Positions 1-9,574 of a stretch of 64,000 nucleotides of DNA are shown piece after piece. A program made the translations under genes and the position numbers. Below the pieces are notes generated by a model. The model saw only the letters and a program-made list of their open reading frames with translations, did not search any database and was not told the origin of the DNA. The stretch spans positions 768,001 through 832,000 of the forward strand of contig CAVSTP010000004.1 in NCBI GenBank assembly GCA_963730935.1, in the 5' to 3' direction. The DNA is from an uncultured Nitrospiraceae bacterium (GTDB lineage: Bacteria > Nitrospirota > Nitrospiria > Nitrospirales > Nitrospiraceae). Positions within the stretch are counted from its first letter, which is position 1. Each line of letters begins with the position of its first letter.

Positions 1-267
1 CACCTGAATGTCAGCGTCCGTCGCGTCATCATCGGGGACGTGAAGAACAGCACCTATTACGCGACCGTGTACCTCGAGAACAACGGCGTGGAGCGAACGG
101 TGGATGCCAGGCCGAGCGATGCCATCTCACTGGCCTTGCGGACCAGGGCGCCATTGTATGTCAGCGAAGATGTGCTGGCCCGGCGCAACACCGCCAATCT
201 CGAGTCATGGCTGGCCAAACAGGATGTGAAGGGCAGCAGTAAGCAGCCGGAAGTGCAGGAATCGTGA
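1..267 (+). CDS. Bifunctional nuclease (DUF151) family protein, 5' part outside window
   Basis: C-terminal motif TYYATVYL...[21 protein letters not shown]; frame open from the window start. Confidence 0.85.
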   Translation, partial: HLNVSVRRVIIGDVKNSTYYATVYLENNGVERTVDARPSDAISLALRTRAPLYVSEDVLARRNTANLESWLAKQDVKGSSKQPEVQES

Positions 268-298
268 TTCATTCGTTGTGAAGGAGCGCGGAAAGAGG

Positions 299-730
299 AT
301 GTCGACCTACTTACAGAAACCAGCCGAAGTGCAAGAGAAATGGTACCTCGTGGACGCCGAAGGCAAGACCCTGGGGCGGCTTGCGGCCAGGGTGGCAGGC
401 ATGCTTCGGGGCAAGCATCGACCGACGTTCACCCCGAACGTGGACATGGGCGATCATGTGGTCATCATCAACGCTGAGAAAATCCATTTGACCGGCGATA
501 AGATGGACACCAAGCTCTATCGCAGCCACTCGGGTTACCCGGGCGGCTTAAAGACCGCGACGGCCAAGCACGTGTTCCGCAAAGATCCAACGAGACTCCT
601 TGTCGAGGCGATTGAAGGCATGCTGCCCAAAACTCCTCTCGGCAACCACATGGCCAAGAAGCTTCGAGTCTATGCCGGCGCGACCCATCCCCATCAAGCG
701 CAAAATCCGGAAACGATCACACTGATTTAG
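299..730 (+). CDS. rplM: 50S ribosomal protein L13
   Basis: [45 protein letters not shown]...[12 protein letters not shown] at 299. Confidence 0.98.
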   Translation: MSTYLQKPAEVQEKWYLVDAEGKTLGRLAARVAGMLRGKHRPTFTPNVDMGDHVVIINAEKIHLTGDKMDTKLYRSHSGYPGGLKTATAKHVFRKDPTRLLVEAIEGMLPKTPLGNHMAKKLRVYAGATHPHQAQNPETITLI

Positions 731-745
731 AAGAGGAGAGACAGC

Positions 746-1138
746 ATGGCAGTCGTAACTGAATACGCAACTGGAAGGCGCAAATGTGCGATCGCCCGCG
801 CCTGGGTCACCGGCACGGCGGGTGATATCACCGTCAACGGCCAACCGCTCGAAAAGGCATTTCCCCCCCTCACGCTGCGGCAGATCATTCAACTCCCGCT
901 CGAGATGGCGGGCGTGTCAGGGAAATTTTCGATCAAGGCGACCGTTCACGGCGGTGGACCGACAGGGCAAGCCGGCGCGTTGCGTCACGCCATCGCCCGG
1001 GCGTTGGTGAGCTTGAGCCAGCCGCTCCGTGCCCCGCTGAAGAAGGAAGGTCTGCTGACCCGCGACTCACGAGTGAAAGAGCGCAAGAAGTACGGACAGA
1101 AGGGCGCCAGAAAGCGGTTCCAATACTCCAAACGATAA
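746..1138 (+). CDS. rpsI: 30S ribosomal protein S9
   Basis: YATGRRKCAIARA...GGGPTGQAGALRHAIARAL...LTRDSRVKERKKYGQKGARKRFQYSKR. Confidence 0.98.
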   Translation: MAVVTEYATGRRKCAIARAWVTGTAGDITVNGQPLEKAFPPLTLRQIIQLPLEMAGVSGKFSIKATVHGGGPTGQAGALRHAIARALVSLSQPLRAPLKKEGLLTRDSRVKERKKYGQKGARKRFQYSKR

Positions 1139-1157
1139 GACGCCTGAGCCGCATGAC

Positions 1158-1190
1158 AAAAAGGGAAGGCGTCCGGCCTTCCCTTTTTTT
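1158..1190 (+). terminator. Intrinsic terminator after rplM-rpsI (possibly bidirectional)
   Basis: AAAAAGGGAAGGC-gtccg-GCCTTCCCTTTTTTT hairpin with T-tract. Confidence 0.85.
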
Positions 1191-1227
1191 ATGTCTACAG
1201 CTATAACGACGCTGCAGCAAGAGAACC

Positions 1228-2301
1228 ATGAGAAAAATCAGGATTGCCATCGCAGGCGCCAGTGGTTATGCCGGAGCAGAGCTCGTCCGCCTGGTCTCGC
1301 TCCATCCGCATTTTGAACTGATCGCGGTCACATCGGAAAAATCCGCCGGTGCGTCGGTTGGCTCCGTGTTCCCAAGCCTGGCCGGCTTGGTCCCGTTGAC
1401 CTTTCAAGCTTTGGCTCCCGAGGCGATGGCACATCAAGCCGACGCGGTCTTTCTCGCTCTCCCTCATACGAAATCGTTGGAGCCAGTCGCCGCCTGCATG
1501 GCGACAGGGAAGTTCGTCGTAGATTTGAGCGCCGACTATCGCCTGAAAGATCCAGACACCTACGAACGGTGGTATCAAACGCCTCATACACACGTGGATC
1601 TGCTGAAAACGGCCGTGTACGGACTTCCCGAACTCCATCGCGAGGCAATAGCCAAAACGAAATTGGTCGCCTCGCCGGGGTGTTATCCGACGGCGGCGAT
1701 TTTACAATTAGCGCCGCTGTTCGCCCAGGACCTCGTGCAGGCGCACACGGTCGTCATCGACGCGAAGTCCGGGATCTCCGGCGCCGGCCGCAGTCCGGCG
1801 TTGCCCTATCATTTTCCCGAAGCGCATGAATCGCTGGAGCCCTACAAGATCGGGCAGCATCGCCATATTCCGGAAATCGAACAGGAACTCCACGCACTCG
1901 TGCAAGGGCACGCCGGCCCGTCGCCTGTCGGACCTGATACGAGCACCGTGGCCTTCACGCCGCACCTCGTGCCGATGAATCGCGGCATCCTGAGCACGGC
2001 CTATTGTCGCCTCAAGACACCGATGGCAGTCGCCGACCTGCGCGCCCTCTACCAAACCTTCTATAAGAACGACCGGTTCGTCCGACTTTCGCATGACGTC
2101 GTCCCCAATCCGCGGTACATCAAAGGATCAAACTATTGCGACATCGGCGTGTATGCCGATGCGCGCGCCGGCTGGATCGTGACCGTGGCGGCGCTCGACA
2201 ATCTCGTCAAGGGTGCGTCGGGTCAAGCGATCCAAGCGATGAACCTGATGCTCGGACTTCCTGAAGAAACCGGCCTAAGCGCCCCGGCCGCCTATCCCTA
2301 A
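1228..2301 (+). CDS. argC: N-acetyl-gamma-glutamyl-phosphate reductase
   Basis: IAGASGYAGAEL, VDLSADYRL, ASPGCYPT, DAKSGISGAGR, LDNLVKGASGQAIQAMNLM. Confidence 0.97.
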   Translation: MRKIRIAIAGASGYAGAELVRLVSLHPHFELIAVTSEKSAGASVGSVFPSLAGLVPLTFQALAPEAMAHQADAVFLALPHTKSLEPVAACMATGKFVVDLSADYRLKDPDTYERWYQTPHTHVDLLKTAVYGLPELHREAIAKTKLVASPGCYPTAAILQLAPLFAQDLVQAHTVVIDAKSGISGAGRSPALPYHFPEAHESLEPYKIGQHRHIPEIEQELHALVQGHAGPSPVGPDTSTVAFTPHLVPMNRGILSTAYCRLKTPMAVADLRALYQTFYKNDRFVRLSHDVVPNPRYIKGSNYCDIGVYADARAGWIVTVAALDNLVKGASGQAIQAMNLMLGLPEETGLSAPAAYP

Positions 2302-2331
2302 CCTTCCCCATCCAGCGATGCATACATCCGC

Positions 2332-3540
2332 ATGAGCCAGCACGACTCCCGAGGCATCGCGGCGCCACTGGGCTTTCGCGCCGCCGGCATGCATTGCGGC
2401 ATCAAGAAACCCGGCTTGCTCGATCTTGCGCTGGTCGTCTCTGAAGTCAGTGGTCCGATCGCCGGTGTCTTTACTACCAATCTGGTGGTCGCAGCGCCGG
2501 TGACGCTCGACCGTCAACATTTGCGGCATGGTCTCGCCCGGGCCATCCTCATCAATAGCGGCAACGCCAATGCCTGCACCGGCCGCCAGGGGATGGCCGC
2601 GGCACGCAAGACTGCAGCGTTCGTGGCCCACAGATTGGGCAGTCCCACTCATGAAGTCTTCATCGGCTCGACCGGCGTCATTGGCCGTGCGCTACCGGTC
2701 GACCGTATCGTGAAGGCGCTGCCGGCGCTGTTTGATCGCCTCAGCAGCCACGGCGGCGCACAGGCCGCCCGCGCCATTTTGACGACCGACCTCACAGCAA
2801 AATCGGTGGTGCGACGCACGCGCATCAACGGCCGGACTGTGACCATTGGCGGCATGGCCAAAGGATCCGGCATGATCCACCCGGACATGGCCACGATGCT
2901 GGGCTATCTCACCACCGATGCGTCGATCACTCGAACGGCGCTCCAACGGGCCCTCAGGCAGGCCGCCGACGCTTCATTCAATTGCATCTCCGTGGACGGA
3001 GACACGAGCACCAATGATACAGTGCTCTGTCTCGCGAACGGCATGGCAGGCAACCGTCAAATCCGGGAAGGCACCCCGGCATTCCGCCGGTTCGTGGCGC
3101 TCCTCAGGGAGGCCTGTCAACCGCTGGCCCTTGCCATCTGCCGCGACGGAGAAGGCGTGACAAAAGTCGTCAAGATCGACGTGACCGGCGCCGCCAGCGA
3201 GGTTCAAGCCCGTGCAGTGGCCCGCACCATCGGGACCTCCAATCTTGTCAAAACGGCGCTGTTCGGAGAAGATGCTAATTGGGGACGGGTGATGGCTGCC
3301 CTCGGCCGTGCCGGAGTGCCGGTCGACCCATCGAAGGTCAGCCTCTCGTTCGGAGGTGTACCGATGGTGCGCCGCGGGGTTGGCCTAGGGCTTGGCGCAG
3401 AACGGCGAATTGCCAAGGTATTTCAGCGCAAAGAGTTCACGATTACCGTGGGGCTAGGCCACGGATCCCACCGTGCGCATCTCTGGACGACAGACTTGTC
3501 CTACGACTACGTTCGGATCAACGCAAGCTATCGATCCTAG
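2332..3540 (+). CDS. argJ: Bifunctional ornithine acetyltransferase / N-acetylglutamate synthase
   Basis: NSGNANACTG, STGVIG, GMAKGSGMIHPDMATML, DGDTSTND, DGEGVTK, DLSYDYVRINASYRS. Confidence 0.97.
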   Translation: MSQHDSRGIAAPLGFRAAGMHCGIKKPGLLDLALVVSEVSGPIAGVFTTNLVVAAPVTLDRQHLRHGLARAILINSGNANACTGRQGMAAARKTAAFVAHRLGSPTHEVFIGSTGVIGRALPVDRIVKALPALFDRLSSHGGAQAARAILTTDLTAKSVVRRTRINGRTVTIGGMAKGSGMIHPDMATMLGYLTTDASITRTALQRALRQAADASFNCISVDGDTSTNDTVLCLANGMAGNRQIREGTPAFRRFVALLREACQPLALAICRDGEGVTKVVKIDVTGAASEVQARAVARTIGTSNLVKTALFGEDANWGRVMAALGRAGVPVDPSKVSLSFGGVPMVRRGVGLGLGAERRIAKVFQRKEFTITVGLGHGSHRAHLWTTDLSYDYVRINASYRS

Positions 3541-3563
3541 GGCCGATTTTCTTGAACCGAACC

Positions 3564-3592
3564 TTGTAAACACCTCCCCACTGTGCTAACGT
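3564..3592 (+). promoter_or_regulatory. Putative sigma70 promoter of the rpsB-tsf-pyrH-frr operon
   Basis: TTGTAA-N17-TAACGT with a TG just upstream of the -10 box. Confidence 0.45.
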
Positions 3593-3757
3593 TCCAAGGC
3601 TTCGGGCTAACGTTCCAGGCTCCCTCTTCCGCGAAAGCGAGAAAGAGGGAAATTATTAAAATATACATCGACGTCACTGACGTCGCTTGGCTTGAGAATA
3701 AGGGGGCGTGCCCCCTCGCCTGTTGGCGCTCTGCGAGCCTTGAGGGGAGGTGAAGGT

Positions 3758-4531
3758 ATGGGAGTCGTTTCGATCAAAGAATTGTTGGAAGCCGGCGTGC
3801 ACTTTGGTCACCAGACGAACCGCTGGAATCCAAAGATGAAGAAGTTCCTCTTCGGCGAGCGCAACGGCATCTATATCATCGATTTGCAGCAAACGGTCGC
3901 GAGGATGGAACAGGCCTATGCCTTCGTCCGTGACACCGTCACCTCGGGGCAATCCGTGCTGTTCGTGGGCACCAAGCGCCAAGCAGCGGAAATCCTACAA
4001 GAAGAGGCGGTCCGCGCCAACATGTTTTACGTGAATCAGCGCTGGCTGGGCGGCATGCTGACCAACTTCCAGACCATCCGGCGCAGCATCGACAAGATGA
4101 AGAAGCTCGAGGGCATGCTGGCCGATCCTGCGCAGCACGGGCTCACCAAAAAAGAAATCGCGCAGAAGGGGAAAGAGATCGTGAAGCTGCAGAAGTTTTT
4201 GACCGGTATCAAGAACATGCGCGGCCTGCCGGGCGCCGTGTTCGTGCTCGACACGCGCATCGAGCGGATTGCGGTCCAAGAGGCGACCAGGCTGGAAATC
4301 CCGGTCATCGCCATCATCGACAGCAACTGCGATCCCGACAACATCACGTATCCGATTCCCGGAAATGACGACGCCATTCGCTCGATCAAACTCATTACGT
4401 CGCGCATCGCCGACGCCTGCATTGAGGGCGCCCATTTGCGCACGCAACGCGACGAGGCTGAATTCCAGTCGAGTCCTGCCGGAGAGGACAAAGCCGCGAC
4501 CGCATCGCTGGCTGCCGCCCCTGCGTCATAG
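3758..4531 (+). CDS. rpsB: 30S ribosomal protein S2
   Basis: [59 protein letters not shown] before ATG 3758. Confidence 0.98.
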   Translation: MGVVSIKELLEAGVHFGHQTNRWNPKMKKFLFGERNGIYIIDLQQTVARMEQAYAFVRDTVTSGQSVLFVGTKRQAAEILQEEAVRANMFYVNQRWLGGMLTNFQTIRRSIDKMKKLEGMLADPAQHGLTKKEIAQKGKEIVKLQKFLTGIKNMRGLPGAVFVLDTRIERIAVQEATRLEIPVIAIIDSNCDPDNITYPIPGNDDAIRSIKLITSRIADACIEGAHLRTQRDEAEFQSSPAGEDKAATASLAAAPAS

Positions 4532-4590
4532 CCCCGGATCGAGCGACTGCACCACATTCATCACGTGTGAAGAAGAAGGATTGATGACGC

Positions 4591-5187
4591 ATGGCTGGAG
4601 CGAGTTCGTTAGTCAAGGAACTGAGAGAGAAGACCGGTGCCGGCATCCTGGACTGCCAGAAAGCGTTGCAGGAGACGGGCGACGACATCGACAAGGCGAT
4701 TGACTACTTGAGGCAGAAAGGCCTCGCCGCCGCGCAGAAGAAATCGGGCCGTGAAACAAACCAGGGGTTGATCCACGCCTATATCCACATGGGCGGCAAG
4801 ATCGGCGTGCTGATCGAGGTCAACTGTGAAACCGACTTCGTCGCGCGCAATGAGGAATTCAAAGGATTCGTGAACGATCTTGCGCTGCAAGTCGCCGCCG
4901 CCAAGCCATCGTACGTGAAGCGCGAAGATATTCCCAAGGACGTCGTCGACAAGGAGCGGGCGATCTACGAGGGGCAGGCCAAGGAGATGGGCAAGCCACC
5001 GGCCGCCTGGCCGAAGATCGTCGACGGCAAGCTGGAGAAGTTCTTTCAGGAAAATTGTCTGATGGAACAGGCGTTCATCAAGGACCCCGCCGTCATGGTG
5101 AAAGACCTGCTCGCCCAGAAGATCGCCAAGATCGGCGAGAACATGAACATCCGCCGCTTCACACGCTATCAACTAGGCGAAGCATGA
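4591..5187 (+). CDS. tsf: Translation elongation factor Ts (short form)
   Basis: [47 protein letters not shown]. Confidence 0.98.
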   Translation: MAGASSLVKELREKTGAGILDCQKALQETGDDIDKAIDYLRQKGLAAAQKKSGRETNQGLIHAYIHMGGKIGVLIEVNCETDFVARNEEFKGFVNDLALQVAAAKPSYVKREDIPKDVVDKERAIYEGQAKEMGKPPAAWPKIVDGKLEKFFQENCLMEQAFIKDPAVMVKDLLAQKIAKIGENMNIRRFTRYQLGEA

Positions 5188-5909
5188 GCTCTGCAAAATA
5201 CCGGCGCATCCTCCTCAAGGTCAGTGGAGAGATGTTGGCCGGTGAGCAGGGCTATGGCATTCAACCGTCCGTCCTCGAAGGCCTCGCTAGCGAAATCGCC
5301 GAGGTCGTCAAACTCGACACCGAAGTCGCCGTCGTCATCGGCGGCGGCAATATCTTCCGCGGCATCGCCGCCAGCGCCACAGGCATGGAGCGCGCATCTG
5401 CTGATTACATGGGCATGCTGGCCACTGTGCTGAATGCGCTGGCGCTTCAAAACGCGCTCGAGCGCTCAGGCGTCATGACCCGGGTGCAGTCGGCGATCGA
5501 GATGCGCCAGCTCGCGGAGGGCTACATCCGCCGCCGCGCCATTCGGCATCTCGAAAAAAAACGCGTCGTGATTTTCGCGGGCGGAACCGGCAACCCCTAT
5601 TTTTCGACCGACACCGCTGCCGCGCTTCGCGCCATGGAGATCGGCGCCCAGGTCATTATGAAAGGCACGAAGGTCGACGGCATCTACGATGCCGATCCGG
5701 CGAAGAATCCCTCCGCCAAGAAATACGAGCACATCTCTTTTCTCTCGATTTTGAACCAACATCTCAAAGTCATGGACTCCACCGCCATTAGCCTCTGCAT
5801 GGACAACCAGCTCCCGCTGGTCGTGTTCAACCTAAAGATTCCCGGAAACTTCAAGCGCGTGGCCATGGGCGAGCCGATCGGCACGACCGTCACGGCCGAC
5901 AAGCGCTAA
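5184..5909 (+). CDS. pyrH: Uridylate kinase
   Basis: [51 protein letters not shown] overlap with the tsf stop. Confidence 0.98.
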   Translation: MSSAKYRRILLKVSGEMLAGEQGYGIQPSVLEGLASEIAEVVKLDTEVAVVIGGGNIFRGIAASATGMERASADYMGMLATVLNALALQNALERSGVMTRVQSAIEMRQLAEGYIRRRAIRHLEKKRVVIFAGGTGNPYFSTDTAAALRAMEIGAQVIMKGTKVDGIYDADPAKNPSAKKYEHISFLSILNQHLKVMDSTAISLCMDNQLPLVVFNLKIPGNFKRVAMGEPIGTTVTADKR

Positions 5910-5923
5910 TCTACGGAGTCGTT

Positions 5924-6487
5924 ATGTCAAACCCAGCTGCGATTCGCCAAGCCGTCACGGGAAAAATGGACGGCGCCCTCGAACATTTACGACGGGATCT
6001 GGGCGGGCTGCGCACGGGTCGGGCGTCCGTTGCCCTCCTGGACAACATCCGCGTCGATTATTACGGCACGATGACGCCGCTCAGACAAGTAGCCAATCTG
6101 TCGACCCCCGAGGCCAGGCTTCTTACGATTCAACCCTGGGAGCCGCAGCTCATCAAGGAGATCGAAAAGGCCATCTCCATATCGGGTTTGGGCGTCACGC
6201 CGTCGAATGACGGCAAGATCATTCGCGTGCCGCTGCCTCCGCTCACCGAGGAACGCCGCAAGGAGTTGACCAAAATCTGTAAGAAGCACGGAGAAGACAC
6301 GAAAGTGCACATCCGTGGGTTCCGGAGGGATGCCAACGAGGAGTTGAAGAAGCTTCAGAAAGATGCGAAATTGACCGAAGACGAACTGCGCAAATCGGAA
6401 GCGGAGATCCAGAAGCTGACTGATCAATACGTACAGAAGATCGACGACGCGATCAAGAAAAAGGAACAGGAAATCCTGGAAGTCTGA
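5924..6487 (+). CDS. frr: Ribosome recycling factor
   Basis: LRTGRASVALLDNIRVDYYG, PSNDGKIIRVPLPPLTEERRKEL. Confidence 0.98.
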   Translation: MSNPAAIRQAVTGKMDGALEHLRRDLGGLRTGRASVALLDNIRVDYYGTMTPLRQVANLSTPEARLLTIQPWEPQLIKEIEKAISISGLGVTPSNDGKIIRVPLPPLTEERRKELTKICKKHGEDTKVHIRGFRRDANEELKKLQKDAKLTEDELRKSEAEIQKLTDQYVQKIDDAIKKKEQEILEV

Positions 6488-6542
6488 TCGCCGTCCACGA
6501 CCCCCGTAGAACGCTGCAGGCTGGTCAAAACGTCCACTTTTT

Positions 6543-6572
6543 TCACCCGCCCAACCCCGAAGCGCCGAGACG
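6543..6572 (+). repeat. Intergenic repeat family R2 (TCACCCGCCCAACCCCGGCGCGCCGAGACGCGCC core)
   Basis: Related copies at about 7794-7930, 9537-9573, 12912-13220 (+) and 15661-15720, 17875-17920, 18020-18070, 18160-18203 (reverse). Confidence 0.8.
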
Positions 6573-6602
6573 CTTCATTCCGCGGGCGGCCGCTAAGTAA
6601 CC

Positions 6603-7712
6603 TTGCGACACACGACCTACGCCACCATCGACCTTGCCGCGCTCGCCTATAATCTCTCGCGGATACGAGGGCGCGTCAGCAACAACTGCAGCATCCTGGC
6701 CGTCGTCAAGGCCAACGCCTACGGTCACGGCGCCGTTGACGTCTCTCGTGCATTGGTGCTAGCGGGCGTGACACGGTTGGCAGTGGCCACCGTCCACGAA
6801 GGCATCGCCTTGCGGGAGGCCGGCATCAACGGCGACATTCTGGTGCTAGGCGCCCTTCTCGATACACATGTCCAGGAGCTTTTCCCGTACCGGCTGACTC
6901 CCGTCATAAACGAACAACGTTTGCTTCCACAGCTGGCCAAGGAAGCCGAAGCCGCGAATAAGCCCCTATCTATTCATATCAAGGTGGATACCGGGATGGG
7001 GCGCCTCGGGCTGCCGGCGTCCGAATTGATGACGTTTCTGGATGCCTTTCCACGATGGAAATCCCTCCGCATCGAAGGATTCATGACCCACCTGGCGGAC
7101 AGCGACGGAGATGATTCGAGCCATACCGAGCAGCAGCTGAAGAGCTTCCGCGGGCTCCTCGAACAAGTGGAACAGCGCGGGATGTCCGTCCCCTTCGTGC
7201 ATGTGGCCAACAGCGCGGCGATCATACGGTATCCGCAGTCGCATTTTTCCATGGTACGGCCCGGCATCATGCTGTACGGCTACCATACGCTGCCGGATGC
7301 AGTCCCCTGCCCCCAACTGCAGCCGGTGTTGTCGCTTCGCACCACGGTCATGCAATTGCGAACGATCAAGCCAGGCGAAACGGTCAGCTACAACCGAACC
7401 TTTGTGGCGAAACGACCCTCCACGATTGCCGTCTTGCCGATCGGGTACGCGGACGGATACAACCGCCAACTCTCCAATAAAGGCTTCGTCCTTATCGACG
7501 GGAAACGAGCCCCCATCGTCGGACTCATTTGCATGGATATGACGATGGTGGACGTGACCGACATCCCATCGGTCCGCGTGGGAGACAGCGTGACGTTGAT
7601 TGGCCGGCAGGGCCAAGAGGCCATCTGGGCCGACGAGATTGCCGGATGGACCGACACGATTCCCTACGAAACCCTCTGCGCCATCGGTTCACGCATCCCA
7701 CGCGTCTACTGA
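6603..7712 (+). CDS. alr: Alanine racemase
   Basis: AVVKANAYGHG PLP-lysine motif, HIKVDTGMGRLG, VRPGIMLYG, PIGYADGY, GLICMDMTM. Confidence 0.97.
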   Translation: MRHTTYATIDLAALAYNLSRIRGRVSNNCSILAVVKANAYGHGAVDVSRALVLAGVTRLAVATVHEGIALREAGINGDILVLGALLDTHVQELFPYRLTPVINEQRLLPQLAKEAEAANKPLSIHIKVDTGMGRLGLPASELMTFLDAFPRWKSLRIEGFMTHLADSDGDDSSHTEQQLKSFRGLLEQVEQRGMSVPFVHVANSAAIIRYPQSHFSMVRPGIMLYGYHTLPDAVPCPQLQPVLSLRTTVMQLRTIKPGETVSYNRTFVAKRPSTIAVLPIGYADGYNRQLSNKGFVLIDGKRAPIVGLICMDMTMVDVTDIPSVRVGDSVTLIGRQGQEAIWADEIAGWTDTIPYETLCAIGSRIPRVY

Positions 7713-7952
7713 ACTCCCTTAGTCACTCAATAAGAAGCGTTCGTCGCTAACAGACTAGTGACACACGAAGGGTGTCCCAAAAGGCCAGCGTTCTCACCCA
7801 CCCAACCCCGCGGTGCCGAGACGCCGTGTCTTCCCAGGTCTCACCCGCCCAACCCGGCATAGTTTTCACCCTCCCCACCCACCGATTGCTGCGCAATCGT
7901 TCTCCCGTGACGCGCCGTTCCGCGAGTAAGGCCGCCACACGGTTTTCATGAA

Positions 7953-8071
7953 GGATGTTCAAAAAGACTTGTCGCAAGGCCGCAGCGAGCGAAAGCCCGA
8001 AGCGTACAGTCGTTCGTACGTTGAGGGTTTGAGCGAGGCGAGAACGCAGCGAGAAGGCTTTTTCAACATCC
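7953..8071. repeat. ~120-bp MITE-like element, family R1, copy 1
   Basis: Terminal inverted repeats GGATGTTCAAAAAG ... CTTTTTCAACATCC; conserved interior CAAGGCCGCAGCGAGCGA...GTACGTTGAG...GAGCGAGGCGAGAACG. Confidence 0.85.
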
Positions 8072-8076
8072 GGCGA

Positions 8077-9477
8077 TTAAAAGGCGACTCGGATCGACAC
8101 GCCGCCGGTATGTAGCGTCGTCTTGTACAGTCCATTCACCGTCGGATTGCGGTTTCCCGTGATGGTCCGCTCTTCATATAGAGCAGCCTGATACGACAGA
8201 TCCAAACCGATCAGCTTGGTTTTCACGGCACCGATCCCCAGGTCCCCGCAGGGAATGAACCCGAGGAACCTACCCTGCTCTTTACAGACCAGCCCCACAC
8301 CGCCACCGACAATATTCACATCGGCCGAAGGACTCCCAGGGTCGAAGCCAAAATCGGGCATTTGCGATTGCTGATTCGTGTATCCGGCTCGAAGGGCCAC
8401 TTCCCAGAACGGCAGCGACTCCAGCGTCAGCCACTTGTATTCGGTTCCCAGCATCACCCCATAGGTACTCCGCCAATTCAGCGGTTGAGGAATGGTGCTC
8501 CCATTGGCCAAGTGCACGTCCAGATTCCGTACGGATTTCCAGCCGACATAATCCACGTCCACTTCCAGTTTCCATTCGCGCTCGCGGTTCCTGACGGGCC
8601 AGAGAGCCACTGCGCCGGTGATGACTTGAGGCAAGACGAAGGTCGCGGTCGCATCCGAGACCTTGGCTCCATTGGCCAGGAACGCTCCGTTCAGATGCAG
8701 CGTGGCCTGGCTGCGGTAGACGATCCCGATATTCGCCAGCGGCTTCCCGTCCGCATTCCTGATGGCGGTATACAATAGACTTGCGTTAAACCCCGCTGCG
8801 GTATCGGCACCGAACAACTCTACTTGAGACCCGGCAGGGATGCCGCCGCCACCGGGCCACACCGATTTACGTTCGACATGGCCTTCTCCGAAGAGTCCTG
8901 AAAACGTATAGATATCTGCGCCCAAACCAATCGAGAGATCTTCCATCAATTTATAGGCCAGCGTCGGCTTGATATCGAGCAGCGGCAGGCTATTGAAGGT
9001 TGTCGCCGTCCGAAACGGCCCATCGTTCGGCCATCGGGTGAGAGAGCCAAACGGCACCGTCACACCGATCCCGACCGTGAGATCACCCAGCGCCATCACG
9101 CCGAGATCTTTCAGGTTCGCCGTCACATAGAGATGCCCAGGCGGCGGCCAGGCGACACTGCCGTTGCGATCGCCGGTGGCGGTCGCACCCGTCGGACTGG
9201 TGAACGAGGTCGTCCCCCCGGAAAGCAGCACACCGGTCATGAACTCCACACCATGGAGCTGGGTCATGCCTGCCGCATTATAATGGAGCGCCGACGGGTC
9301 GTCGGCCTGGGCGGAAAACGCATTGCCCATTCCGCTTGCTGCCGTCCCCTGTCCTTGAATCCTTGGCACCTGCGCCAAGACGGGTTCAGAAGTCCCATTC
9401 CAACATACAAGCATGAGCACTCCAGATAGGGCGATGCGTACGAGAGGGAACGACCAGGCACAACCGGCTTCGCTCAT
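8077..9477 (-). CDS. OmpP1/FadL/TodX family outer-membrane channel
   Basis: Signal peptide, ASGMGNAFSAQADDPSALHYNAAGMTQL hatch motif, C-terminal Phe; AAGGAG RBS before ATG 9477. Confidence 0.9.
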   Translation of the reverse strand: MSEAGCAWSFPLVRIALSGVLMLVCWNGTSEPVLAQVPRIQGQGTAASGMGNAFSAQADDPSALHYNAAGMTQLHGVEFMTGVLLSGGTTSFTSPTGATATGDRNGSVAWPPPGHLYVTANLKDLGVMALGDLTVGIGVTVPFGSLTRWPNDGPFRTATTFNSLPLLDIKPTLAYKLMEDLSIGLGADIYTFSGLFGEGHVERKSVWPGGGGIPAGSQVELFGADTAAGFNASLLYTAIRNADGKPLANIGIVYRSQATLHLNGAFLANGAKVSDATATFVLPQVITGAVALWPVRNREREWKLEVDVDYVGWKSVRNLDVHLANGSTIPQPLNWRSTYGVMLGTEYKWLTLESLPFWEVALRAGYTNQQSQMPDFGFDPGSPSADVNIVGGGVGLVCKEQGRFLGFIPCGDLGIGAVKTKLIGLDLSYQAALYEERTITGNRNPTVNGLYKTTLHTGGVSIRVAF

Positions 9478-9574
9478 GTCATCTCCTTGAATCGTTGGCG
9501 TCCAATGCTTGAGGGTGTTCAAAATGCCCACTACCTCACCCGCCCAACCCCGGCGCGCCGAGACGCGCCCTTCC

